DNA of 64,000 bases, from contig JYFJ02000549.1 in NCBI GenBank assembly GCA_000934665.2, positions 1 through 64,000 of the forward strand, in the 5' to 3' direction. This document shows positions 1-13,100 of the stretch, piece after piece; position 1 is the stretch's first letter; each line of letters opens with the position of its first letter. Below the pieces are notes generated by a model that did no database searches, had not been told where the DNA came from, and saw nothing but the letters and a program-made list of their open reading frames with translations. This DNA is from Catajapyx aquilonaris (Eukaryota). The position numbers were made by a program, and so were the translations under genes.

Positions 1-94
1 GATAATCTTAATGGAAACTTTTTATCACATCCTGTGTATAACCCCACCACTCCATTTTTTGGGGGTGTCCCAATATTTTCAGATCAGAGCAAGT

Positions 95-750
95 ATATGT
101 CCTGGCATAGTAACTCAAAAATGACGGAGTTGATTTTTAAAAAATCTATATCAATTGACACCTAGCCATCCCCATGAAAACAAAGAGAAATATTCAATTG
201 CCTGCTGCAAAAAATGTCAAAGGGCCTAAAATCATTCTCCTGACATGTCCCGATCTTCTTTTAAAACGCACTATATTTCCTTACCATTTTATCATTAACA
301 TTAGACAAGTTCTAATACTATAATATATTCAATTGTGCTTACTTGAAGGTGTAAAACAACATTATGAAAACAATTTAATCATTTGACATGACCTTGCTGC
401 ATCACTCCAAAATGTCTCGGCTAAAAAGAAGATCGGAACATGCCAGGAGAATGAATTTATGCCTTTAGGGTTTAGACATTGGGTGGCATTTTCGTCCCAC
501 TGATAGCTACTGCCACCAGTGTTGCCCATGGCACTGACAAGTTAGCAGTAACTGTCAGTGGGACGAAAATTCCACCCATTTTTTGCAGTAAAAAGTAATT
601 TAATATTTCTCTTCGTTTGCATGGGGATGGATAGGTGTCAACTGCTTCTACAGATTTTAAAAAAATAAACTCTCAGTGAATCCATTTTTGAGTTACTATG
701 CTGGGACATAGTATTCATTGTATTGGTAAGTTTGTAGAGAATCACCTGTA
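95..750. mobile_element. Degenerate fold-back MITE with an internal hairpin (481-577) and a second inverted-repeat MITE inserted (~216-480)
   Basis: tatgtcctggcatagtaactcaaaaatg...ccatccccatg is mirrored by catggggatgg...catttttgagttactatgctgggacata. Inner pair: cattctcctgacatgtcccgatcttctttt / aaaagaagatcggaacatgccaggagaatg. Confidence 0.7.
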
Positions 751-988
751 TACTGCAGTTATACTACAGTATGGCATATTTGACAGTATTTAATATTATG
801 TACTGTAGCTATTTTCATTAATGATAGTGATTTGAGTTTAGTAGATTCTGCTGCATAATTTAAAATGTTTTCAATTTTCTGCTGTCACAGAGTATCATTT
901 CATTATATTTCAAGCCACACCTTTGTACTATGGAGGGATCATGTGTGTGTAATGTTTTCAATCTTGCAAACCATAATTAATATTTCAG

Positions 989-1103
989 GTACTCAAGCGG
1001 TGTGTCCAGTCCTGGAAGACATGTTCGAACACGACTCTATTTTACAAGTGAGAGTCACATACATTCCCTTATAACCATGCTGCGATGTGGTGGATTAGTA
1101 GAT
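989..1103 (+). CDS. PPIP5K: PPIP5K exon (histidine-phosphatase-like domain): [38 protein letters not shown]
   Basis: tttcag|G acceptor, GAT|gtgagt donor; [14 protein letters not shown] is a PPIP5K hallmark. Confidence 0.95.
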
Positions 1104-4100
1104 GTGAGTCACATTGGTCCCATTATTTCAAGAAAGCTTCTTATAGTTGTGATTTTTCCACAAGGAACAGTCAGATGAACAGTGGCGACGTGCTCTGGAA
1201 TATGTGAGTATGGTATCCGAGCTGAACTATATGACCCAGGTTGTCATCATGCTGTATGAAGACCCAACTAAGGATCTATCCTCAGAAGAAAGGTGTGTGG
1301 AGATGTTATACTGCATGCTTCATAAGTTAGCTCACATATGTATCAGTAAAAAACTTGTGGATGCTAATTTCCACTCACTCAACTCACTTCAACTTCTTTA
1401 CACTTACAAGTTATGCAAAGTGATCTTCACGTTTTTCCATATGCAGAAAATATGAGGGCAGTTCCAAAGTGATTTACAATTTTTTTTTGCCACAGACACA
1501 GCGCCCATGCAGGTCGAAAATAAGCACACATTATAGATAGAATCCTCCTGGAGCAGAATTCACTGGCACTGGCACTGGTCAACCTCTCCAGGCCCTCCAG
1601 GAACCACTTTTTGGTGGTTCGGCGCACTGACTCCCAGACAACTCTTCACAGTCAACAATGTCCTCGAAATGCCATCGGCGAAGGGACTTTTTAAATATAT
1701 TCAAACAGAAGAAAGTCACTGGAGGCGGGGGGCATGCATGGTGGTCTAAGGGCTATTCTACTGACGAGCCCAGCGGGAGGTCCGAGGTTCAAATTCCGTC
1801 CGCGTCAGGCAGTCACTGGCAGTCACCTTCGCTTGGGCGGGTCTTTTTCTGCTTTTCACCCAACATGTCTGGGCATAATTGCCCAAGGGAGTACGGTGGG
1901 TGTGGAAGCGCTCAAAGCAAGATCCATGGAATAATCCCTTCGCCGATGCCATTTTAAGGACATTGTTGATAGTTCCTCACTGAGAAGTTGTCCTGTAGTA
2001 GGTGCGTTGCACCTCCAAAAAGTGGTTCCTGGGGGGCCTGGAGAAGTTGCCACACCCATGACTCTGCACATTCAGCTCCAGGAGGGTTCTGTTGATAGTG
2101 TGTGCCTATTTGCTGACCTGCATGGGCCGTGTATAAAAAATAAATTGTAAATCATTTTGGTACTGCCCTTGTATTTGGCAAGCAAAAGCTTAGGGTATGA
2201 TGAAAAGATGAAAGGCTTCTTGGTGACACGAGTGCTCGACATAGGTGAAGAAAATGTGATACCATGCTTCAAAAATAAATTGTTCAATTAACACTGTGTG
2301 TGTGCAGTAATAGATAAAGATCTGTTCCATCATGTAGGCCTAGTCGTGACTTTTTTGAAGAAATTTTTGTGAAATAGTACCCTTTTGAAACACAGTAATA
2401 TTTAGTGATGTGCAATAAATTGAACCCAGCACATATTAATTTTCATTGTGACAAATACAGTAGCTGCCCTTATCTACATGGAATAGCTTTCCAATTCCCA
2501 ACTAGGTACTGGTTCAAAAGAGGTACCCAAATCAAAAGGTGCATGTAATTTCCAATGAGAATAGTGTAGGCCATACTCATGCTATCACATTTTCCCTAAG
2601 TACTTCTGTTTTTCCAGCCTGACTAGTAACATTGTTATTATATTGCTTCAGGTTCCATGTTGAACTGCACTTCAGCCCAGGAGTAAATTGCTGTGTGCAG
2701 AAAAATCTTCCACCAGGCCCAGGTTTCCGGCCTCACTCCCGGAATGATTCAACTCTTCATGTCGTAAGTTAAACTGTCGAGGGATTTGTCAAACTAACAT
2801 AAAGGGGTTTTGATGCAGTCAAAAATCCTTTCCCTATACCTTTTTTAACTTGTGTGCATCTGTTTTACCACGAAATAAAGGACTGGGTCCCATCATCATA
2901 TTTCCTAAGCCATGGTAAAACATGAAAATAGCTAACAAAATATGGGTGTCTTGTGTTTGGTGTTTGTCTGGAAAGCTTCCAGGGTTTAATGTGCTATTGG
3001 CTCTTCTGAAAAATAATGTTGGTTTTTAAATTAGAAAAGCAACAGTGTACCTCTAGAATTTCCATTACATACATCTGAAAGCTTCAACTGTCTACTTTAT
3101 TTCAAAATAGTTTCCAGCCAAATTCAGGCATTTGTCATAGAGTTGCACAGGATTTTGTATGCCTATGTCATAGACGTTTGCCGCCAGACATCCTAGATCC
3201 CGGAACACTGAAATGCAACTCCTTGTCATTGTCAAACCTCTGCTTTGCTTGCTTGTCATGTCCATAGACAGGTGGCTCTGAAGAAAGTGATCAAACCATT
3301 CTCATTTGAATTGTTGCGACAGGGTGCCTGTATGCAAGGCAGTATGCGAGCGGGCATTGTTGTGCAAGAAAAACACCCCGGAACTCAACATGTCGCAACA
3401 ATGCTCGCTTGCATACTGGCTTGCATACAGGCACCCTGTCGCAACAATTCAAATGAGAATTGTTTGATCACTTTCTTCAGAGCCCACATGAAGAAATGGC
3501 AAGAAAGCAGAGGTTCAAGAATGAGGAGGAGTTGCATTACAGTGTACAGAGATCGGGGAAATGGCTGGCGGCAAACGTCTATGACATAGGCATACAAAAT
3601 CCTGTGCAACTCAATGATAAATGAGGGGTGTGGTGGAAACAGGTTATAACCCTAATTTTTGTCATTTTTGACCTGAACACCTACCAACTATGTAAAAGAC
3701 ATGACAAACAGTTTGGTATACTCAAAGTTCACGTGTCATGCACGAGACGGCAACATGGACTAGATAAAAATAAGCATTCCCTATGATTTGTGAAGCGAGT
3801 GCAAACTTAAATTCACTCTTCTAAAAAATTACACTTTTGTGGGTTATCACCTTTTTCCACCACACCCCTCAAATGCCTGAATTTGGCTGGAAACTATTTT
3901 GAAAAATAGTAGACAGTTGAAGCTTTCAGATGTATGTAATGGAAATTCTAGAGGTACAGTATTGCTTTTCTAATAAAAAACTGACCTATTTTCTGGATGC
4001 ACCAATACATATGCATGCCCATGATTGGGAATCAAATGGCATGTTGTGTGCTAACATATGTGTGCTGTCTGCAGCCTGGGATTTGTGACGACAAGGACAA

Positions 4101-7100
4101 GAAAGACTGCCGCCCATGCAGCATAGTGGAAGAGGAAGATTTGCATTTGGATGAAGAAGGAGTTCAGGATCAAAATTTGCAAACGACACCGGTGGGTTTA
4201 TGGCTAATTTCACATATAGTTTTGAGGTCACATCACCATTAACATCAGCTCTGCGCCAGTGTCCCTGAACATAGGGCACAAGTAATCTTGAATGCAATGA
4301 CATTGAAACAAGAATGCTCTGGTCCTTACTGACCCCTGCATGAATATAGGCATCTTTTCAACACTCCGCATGTTGCAAAGCACTTGAGGGCCAAGGGGTG
4401 TTTTGAGGCATTGCATGTCTCTTGGGGCTATAGAAATTATAAGTAGCCATTATGTGCCACATGAATTCTCTATAATTTAATGAATTTGTTACAGGAATCT
4501 CCTACGACAACAGAAGAATCAGTTTCTACACCTTGCATGGAAAGAAAGACTGAAGATTGGAATGGCAGACAAGCTGTGAAAACTTCTGATCCAATCCCCA
4601 TATCGTAAGTTTAAGCCTGTTGTGGTACTGAAGAAACCAGATATATATCATGGCTTTTCTTGCAGAGGATCACCTGCACACCAACAGCCTGAGCCAGTAG
4701 AAGACCTGGGCAGTGTAGGAGTCACAATGGGACCCTGCTCTCCCTTGCAGGCTAGTGATGATGCCATATGTGACAAAACTCCCGAGGCACCAGGCAGTTT
4801 GAGTGCAACTCCTCAGGCATCATCATATCTCAGCCATAGAAGCATGTCTTTCAGTGGGAGGAGAGGTAGTGCAGAGACAGACTCCAGGCCAAGGAGTTTG
4901 GATTTGGACAGGAGGGAAGAAGGAGCTAGAAATAGAGGTTAGCTGTTGGCTCTGCTGCACTATTCACACCAAGACACTTGTCCAATGTTGATTTTGTACA
5001 GAGCACTTGAATGGAACCCATTAAGAATTAAGGTCAATGAAGTTGCTGTGAGGGGGCTGGGGAGGTGTAAGGGAGGGTAGTCACTTAAGTGTAATATTAG
5101 TATTAGTCAAAGTGACTACCCTCCCGAGTTGACATGTAATTGAGGGAGGTGCAAATGCTTCTCCAAAATACAGTTACACTTTTTACATAGGCAAACGACC
5201 TGTTGCAGGATTAATTTTGCCATATAATTTGATAATTTTTAGTGGAGTAGTATACCTAATAATATTAGCTGAAAAAGGGAAACTCAGTTTTGTCATTATT
5301 GTTGTCTGCTTTGTAAACTTGATACTTGAGAGTCATGAATTTGAAATTTTTCTGCTTTCAAGTGGCTGCAGAATATGCTATGAACATTCCAGAATTTTGA
5401 CTTTAATTTTCATGGCAATGGCAGATTATGTCCAATTTTTAGAGTCACATAGTGTTCGCTGAAAATGAAATTAATGAAATTGAAGTTCTTTTCTCACCAT
5501 TGTACAGTATTATCCTATCCAAGGACTGCTACATTTTTCAACCAGTAATTCGCATATCGTCAGTTTCAATGAACAATAAGTGGCTATATGTGGGCGTCAT
5601 TTTCCATTGCCATAACAATGAAATTTTACATCCTAGAATGTTCCCAGAGCATTATGTGGTAATTTTATAAGTGAAAATATTCCAAATTCATGAGCTGCAT
5701 TACCCAAAATTTCCAACACAGGCAACATACCCCAAAAAAAACTGACTTTTTAAACATCTGATATCATTAGGAACGTCTCCCACTCAAAATTATTGAGACA
5801 TGCAGTAAAATCAATTCTGCAACAGATCTTTTGTTATGTGTCAGTTGGATCATGAAATTGTAAGAATGCAAGAATCCAGTGAATAGAGCCAATTACTTGA
5901 TTATCATATTGAAGTCAGCTGACAATGAAACATAACGTACTGAGTTCTGTGTATCAAGAAGGATGATCTTGTAAAGAGAGAATCTAGCTCCCAGCAGAGA
6001 TATTCATTAATATCTGTGGCTCCTAGTTATTCTGAAAAAAACTGGAAACAGTGCCTATGGCCTAGTCCGTATCAATTCAGGCAGGGGGGTTACCTTCATA
6101 GTCTCAGATGTTTTTGAATTTAACATATGTTAAAATTCAGGCAAAGGTAAGAGACCCGTATTTTTTTGTTTTGTTCAAAAAAATTCCTGGCCCGAGGTAC
6201 AGGCCGCCAAAGATGGCGCCTCGGGCGCCATATTTCTCACTTGGGATTATCGGCACAATTTTGAAACGCTCTATCTCTGGAACGGTTAAAGATACTTTGT
6301 TGCGGGTTTTTTTATTTGAAAGATGGTATTCTTCCGATTAAAATGATATCCTCCGTTTGGAAATATGTGTCCAAGTTCCCTTGCTGTAGCCTTTTGAATT
6401 TCTTTTTCGAAAAATCAAAAATAATTTTTTTTTCAAAAAAGGCAATCCCAAAAATTTTGATTTTCTGACTGTTGATTAGTACCATAGAGTACTACATTCC
6501 CTGAAAAGGAGAGCTTCCACTTTTGAGTTTAACAGGTTTTATAAACAATGTTCACGTTTAAGCTTCCGTGGTTAATTTGGATTGGATACAAGATGGCTGG
6601 GGCCAGGATCCACACCGATCCACACTCTACTCATGTGAAAATATCAGTGGTAATGATCCTATTGGCTATTGATTGTGAACAACAGGTCTGCCGTCAGTTG
6701 TAAGAAGACCGTAACTCAAAAACTAGTAAGGGCGAAAGTCGCATGCATGCCGTGCACTAATCCACCCTGGCTCAGAGGGGATTAGTGCAGGGCGTGCATG
6801 CGACTTTCGCCCTTAGGGGTTTTCGAGTTACGGTCTTCTTACATCTGACGGCAGAGGTGAAGTTGCAACCCATCCTTTGTGGTCCAACAGCACTTAATAA
6901 GTAAGCTTTTGTGAGGATTCCGCTGATCACGGTCTTAAAAGATTTAAATTTAAATATAATTAAAAATTAAAATTAAAAATAAAATTAATAAAAATTAAAT
7001 AAAGATGAAATTTTGGAAACTTTAGTATGATTTGAAAGCTGTATCTGTAACTTATATTTATTAAGAATTAAAATGCCATGGCAAATAAGACTAGAGTTTG

Positions 7101-10100
7101 ATTTCATGAGACCAATATGTGAGTATGTGTAACGGAAATTGGTTTAATGTACATGGCAAAATTTTCAATTGTTTATAAATCCTGTTAAACTCAAAAGTGG
7201 AAGCTCTCCTTTTCAGGGAATGTAGTACTCTATGGTACTAATCAACAGTCAGAAAATCAAAATTTTTGGGATTGCCTTTTTTGAAAAACAATTATTTTTG
7301 ATTTTTCGAAAAAGAAATTCAAAAGGCTACAGCAAGGGAACTTGGACACATATTTCCAAACGGAGGATATCATTTTAATCGGAAGAATACCATCTTTCAA
7401 ATAAAAAAACCCGCAATAAAGTGTCTTTAACCGTTCCAGAGATAGAGCGTTTCAAAATTTTGCCGATAATCCCAAGTGAGAAATATGGCCCCCGAGGCGC
7501 CATCTTTGGCGGCCTGTATCTCGGGCCAGGAATTTTTTTGAACAAAACAAAAAAATACGGGTCTCTTACCTTTGCCTGAATTTTAACATATGTTAAATTC
7601 AAAAACATCTGAGACTATGAAGGTAAGATTTTCTCTTTGCCTGCCTGAATTGATATGGACTAGGCCCTATACTATTTTGCAAAATGAATGATCCAAGGAT
7701 TGGTTTTGCTGTGATAATTTTGAGTGGAAGTGGATCCTAATAGGTTAGGTGGAAAAATTAATATTTGATTTTATATGTTAGTTGTGGAATTGCTAAATCT
7801 GTTTATGAAAGTCATGTAGGGTGGGGCAAAAGTCATGGGTTGGTTTAAATGACGCAGCATGGCATAAGTAACGAACGATTATATTTTCAAAAAAATTGCA
7901 CTACACAGAGAAAGATATGCCATTTATGGATCAAGGTCCAAAAAAGTTACTTCTTGAAAACAACACCGGATAGATGTCCACCTTTGCCGGCAACACGTAT
8001 TCCTCCAAACGCCGGACGAAACCCTTCATAACGCGCTCCAGCATGTCCAGGGAAATGTTTCTCATGGCATGTCTTATCTGATCCTTAAGATCAGCCAATG
8101 ACTGAGGACGTGTGGCAAACACCGAACAAATTAAAAGTCAAGTGTTTCCTGGGAGGGTCATTTTGAGATTTGGGGACATTCCTTGGCCATCGCGGTCGCC
8201 GGATTTGACCACCCTTGACTTCTTCTTGTGTGGTACCTGAAGAGTTTGGTGTTCACCAGACGTCTTCAGTCATTGGCTGATCTTAAGGATCGGATAAGAC
8301 ATGCCGTGAGAAACATTTTCCTGGACATGCTGGAGCATGTTATGAAGGGTTTCGTCCGGCGTTTGGAGGAATATGTGTTTCCCGCAACGGTGGACATCTA
8401 TCCTGTGTTGTTTTCAAGAAGTGACTTTTTTGGACCTTGATCCATAAATGGCATATCTTTCTCTGTGTAGTGCAATTTCTTTAAAATATAATCGTTCGTT
8501 ACTTATGCCATGCTGCGTCGTTTAAACTAGCCCATGACTTTTGCCCCACCCTGTATATGATATTTTTATCTTTAAAGTAACACATTTGCTGCAAACTATT
8601 TAGTAATGTTTATTATAATTTTCAGAAGAATGAGATGGCACTCAATTTATAAGGTTACATTTGGTTGATAAACCGGATTGGACTAAATTAATGATTGCGC
8701 ATTGCTAAATGAACACTAATATTCTTCCCAATATGTTTCAATGGGAAATCAATCATAGGCAAAGTGTGTAATTCAAAACCACATGTTATATTGGAAATCG
8801 AGTGACTTAATTCAATTGTTACGAGCCTCGGAATTCATGAAACTACAAGTATCACAAGCATAAACTCACAAGCATGAGATTGGTTTGGTGAAGTAATGAG
8901 CAATCCGTGTGATATGATGCAGTTGACTTTAATAATTCTGACCCCTCAGATTGAATTTTTAAGATATTGCAGCACGTTAACTTGCAATAATTGAAATATG
9001 TAGGAAAATGTATAACGCAAGTGGGATGGCATAGTGGTGTAAAGGTTAGCACCACAGCCTTTCCCCTCTGAGGTCCCGAGTTCGATCCCTAGGCTGGAGA
9101 GAGGGTACTTATGTGGAACGAGTTTCGATGGGTTCTCTCTAGGGTTCACTTGGGTTTCCTCAGTGCCCTGCGGTTTCCTCCCACAATCAAAACCCATCAC
9201 AGCACAGGCAATGATTAAAGACAGTTTATGAAAAGATGATCCCCTAAATTGCCCAAGGAGGCCTATCATGGGGTATCCATTATTATTGTTGTTATTGTTA
9301 TATTTGCTATCACCTTTTTTGGGAGAGGGTTTCCACATACCCACACACAAAAAAGAAACAGCTGGCCTGTCATTACTGACGTACAAGGGAAGGAAGCTCA
9401 TTTAAAGTCTATGCCCCATGTTGATCTGGATGATTATGGCAATGTGATTTGCAGGGGACAAATTACTTGTTAGTTATGTGATCAAGTGTCTAGGTCCTCC
9501 ACAGTGTCCAGCTGGAATATTATTGTCTTTGAAATATTTAAAATATTTAGTCATATTACAAATCCTTGTGGCCTATACCAACAGCTGCATTGGATGGTCT
9601 CCCATAATCAGGTATATACAATTTGATCAGGAAAGGGTGCCCCTTATATGGTCAAGAATTACTACCTCATCTGCCACATCCTTTTCTGGCCACCTGATCA
9701 GGTAGAAAAGCGGAAAAAGACTGAACTAAGCGAAGATGACAGGAGTGGGACTTGAACCTCATGCTTCCTGTTTGGCTGGCCAGTGCCAAGGCCACTACAC
9801 CACAATGCCTCCATGACTGTTATTGCATCTAACACAATTAGAAGCAATTCCACGTCACTAAAAAGGGGGGGGAGGAAACCCCTATCTAATTCAGCGGCCA
9901 ATTCCACTCCATATTCCCCATCGATTCATCCAATACAAATTCCTCACCAATTCGAGACTGTCACCTGTTCATTCTCTGGGGATGTACTCTGATCACTGTT
10001 CAAGAACTGACCTCCTTCATTTTGCATCCAGAAATGACATTTATTACTATTGTTGTTATCATCATGTTTGTTAATTGTTTGGAAGGAATTTCTCTCAGGC

Positions 10101-13100
10101 CTTGAGGAAGGCCACTTGGTGGTGGTGTTGGGTGACACCCACTCCATTATTGAGTCCCACTGTGAGTGACAGAAAGAATAGTCTCCTAATGCATTGCTGG
10201 CTGTCATATTCCAAGTTTGCACACCGCAAGGATTGTTGGTTCTTTCGATTACTTTTCCTAACACCACAAGTGCAAAGAGAACAATATATGTAAATTTTTT
10301 GAACATACGAGTAAATACATTGGCTTAAAAAATGACATAACCTCCTAAGACCCGAGAAGAAATGGGTAACGCAATGTCAGTTCCTATTGCATTTTCTGAA
10401 CATTTTCCCAATAAGAAACGAGGAAAACATTATAGTTCTGAAATATTGACAAAAATAATGACAAACAACCAATGAGAACATTAGGACCCAATTGCTGCTA
10501 CAATAGCAGAACGGATGAAAGCTGAAAATTTAAATTCCACTTTATGGATCACTAACATAGTGCTCTATCCTCCAAACAATGTTTTTTACATTCATTCAAT
10601 TCAATCAATTAATTGTTATGATCTCCACATCGATATGTAGCAGAAGGATGAGAGGGTACAAAGTTCAATAAGACATTTATTGGGAAAACATTCAACAATT
10701 TCTGCCGATATGAAAAACCAAAAAATCGGTCACAAAGTAATCAATGTTAGGGCGGCAGGGTGGTCTAGTTGTTACGCCACTGGCCAGCCAAGCAGGAGGC
10801 CGGGGTTCAAATCCTGTCCCCGTCACCTCTGCTTGGCCGGGTCTTTTTCCGCTTTTCACCCGACACGTCGGGGCAGAATTGCACTCCCTTCTCAGCTTGG
10901 GGCCAGGAGAAATGGCCTGGTGTTAAAGAATGTCAGAAATGGCTATCACACGGCGCCCTCCCTTGGGAACTTCCCCTTCCCCCCTCAGAGGGCCTCGAGC
11001 CCTATCCCGGGGTAACCCGAGGGGGGGGGGGAGGGAGGGGGGGAGAGAGAGAGGAGAAAGGAGTCAATGTTGTAACTGGATGCAAAATAACAGAGGTCAG
11101 TTCCTGAACAGCGATCGTAATTCACCCTCACAGTACAGTATACACAAGTGACAGTCTGGAAGTCTGTTTGTAATCGATTTGGAATGCTGTGCATGTTTCA
11201 GTGAGTAATTTGATGAATTGTTACAGAATACAGAGTTGAATTGTCTTTCAATATGGATTTCCCCCGATTTCCCCCTTTATAGCACCATCCAGTTCCACTA
11301 CAAATTATCGTGGTACTGTACACCACAAAATTAATCCTGGAAATAATTGTGTGAATTTCAGACCTGTATTTTAACAAGTCAGACAAATATGCAGGAAAAA
11401 TAATGAGTTTTTCTTTCCCTTCTGATATTATTAGCAATAATGTCCTCTAAAAATTATTGAGAGCCATGACAGAACTGATTTTGGAATTTAAAATGAGTTC
11501 AGGTGTGTTTCATTCTGCTACTGACTTTTAAGAAACATTGGAAAATGAAATTTTGCCTCGCAACTTCAGCGGTGACCTACCTACAAGTTTTCATTGCATT
11601 CCTATCCACTTTCCACATTCATTTTGTTATTTGGTGCACTTCCGAAGTCTTCAGGTCAAGAGGGGGAGAAATGCAACCATTTTGGATTTCTACCCCATAA
11701 ATCAGTTTAAAGAAAAGCAGCAATCACGACAAATGAGTGATACTCCCATTGTTGCTTGAAATGGGTTGTTGCTTTTAAAACTGGATGCTGGGGTAGAAAT
11801 TTCACAATGTCCTCACTTAGCCCCCATTTGAACTGGCAACTTGGGCAATGTATTTTTGTATCTTTTGCACTCCTGGACATTTTGTTGGTGAATGAACCCA
11901 TCCTAAATCCTTTCATGGCAGCTTCATCTTTGAGGTGGACTTGCCTGGAGTGTTGCATGACACAGGTTGTATAATACTTGTGCAAATATATAGAATTTTT
12001 TTATGAAACCAGAGATGCTGTGTTGGCAGAAGTCTGATGGAAGAGAGAGCAAGTAGATATATTATGTGGGACTATGTTATCAGTTGTGAAGGCAGCCCCG
12101 TTAAAGATGGTCCAGTTAGCATCATCCCAAAACATAACCAAACTGTTTTCCTCCTCCTCCAGTTGTAGGGAAGCAATTGATTATGAACACCCAGTCTGGG
12201 GTAAAGGAGAGTGCCCACTGCAGACAGAAAAGGAGAAAGATGAGAGGTGCTGAGGGTCGCTTTTGCAGCTTTACCTGTTGCTTCCTCAGTAACTTATGTG
12301 GTAAGCGCATTGCCGCTCAGGTGGGAGGGAGGTCTTGAAAGATGAAAGAGTCGGGTTCTCTCTGGTCCTGCCCCAAGCTTCGTGTCCTTGTTAGGTAGTC
12401 TTCCATCCTCTTATTCCTACATGTGACAATCCCAATGGACTTTTAACTACCTGTTTCTCATTCCTCTTTTCCTGTACTGCAGTGGGTGACCCTTGCAGTC
12501 ATCTTATTCCTGTGTAAGCCTGTGTGTATTCATTCTCTTCCCACAATTAAGGTCTCATCAAAACTTGGTACTGATCCTGTCATCCAGGCAGGGTTCATTG
12601 TTGTTTGTTGACATTTTTCTTCTATGCCTTCACTCAGGTCTTTTTGTTTTGTCTGATCAGCTTTATCTCACAGTCCACAGTCTTGTCAATACTAACGCAA
12701 AAGCACGGGTTGTGTCGAAAAATCAAGCCGGGTACAAGTGCCAGTTATCAGTTAGTGAAGAATGTTAGGGGAGGAAATTTTGGAAACAAGATCAAGTTCA
12801 AAATACTTTTTTATAAATATCTTTTGCATGTGTGTATTAATTAACTCTCTTCTTACTGGATCCTTCCTGGCTGCCATCTTGTATCAGACACTGGTACAAA
12901 CTTTCAGAGTTAATATCAGGGCTATTTAAAGTGATAAATGCAAGAAATTTGTGAATCAGGGTCACTAACTAATCCTGGAATGGCACAAAGCACTAATTAC
13001 TAGTTTTGTCTGTTACCCTTACATCAGGGTGCATTATTGAAATGTGGAGTATTTCTGTCTGACCAAAATGATAGAATCTTAATTTGTAAACCATGCTTAA

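Noticed and set aside
3245..3609. Overlapping similar ORFs on both strands
   Set aside because: Antisense readings of a palindromised mariner transposase remnant.
6108..7608. Two nearly identical 77-aa ORFs on opposite strands
   Set aside because: They are mirror images inside the terminal inverted repeats of one fold-back transposon, not a duplicated gene.
9023..9100. tRNA-like sequences here and at 1725, 10750, 16342, 18030-18104 and 57161
   Set aside because: They have A/B boxes but no intact cloverleaf, and most continue into repeated SINE bodies; treated as SINE heads.
12845..12909. 65-bp segment flanked by TTAA with CTCT/AGAG ends
   Set aside because: The terminal match is too short to separate from chance.
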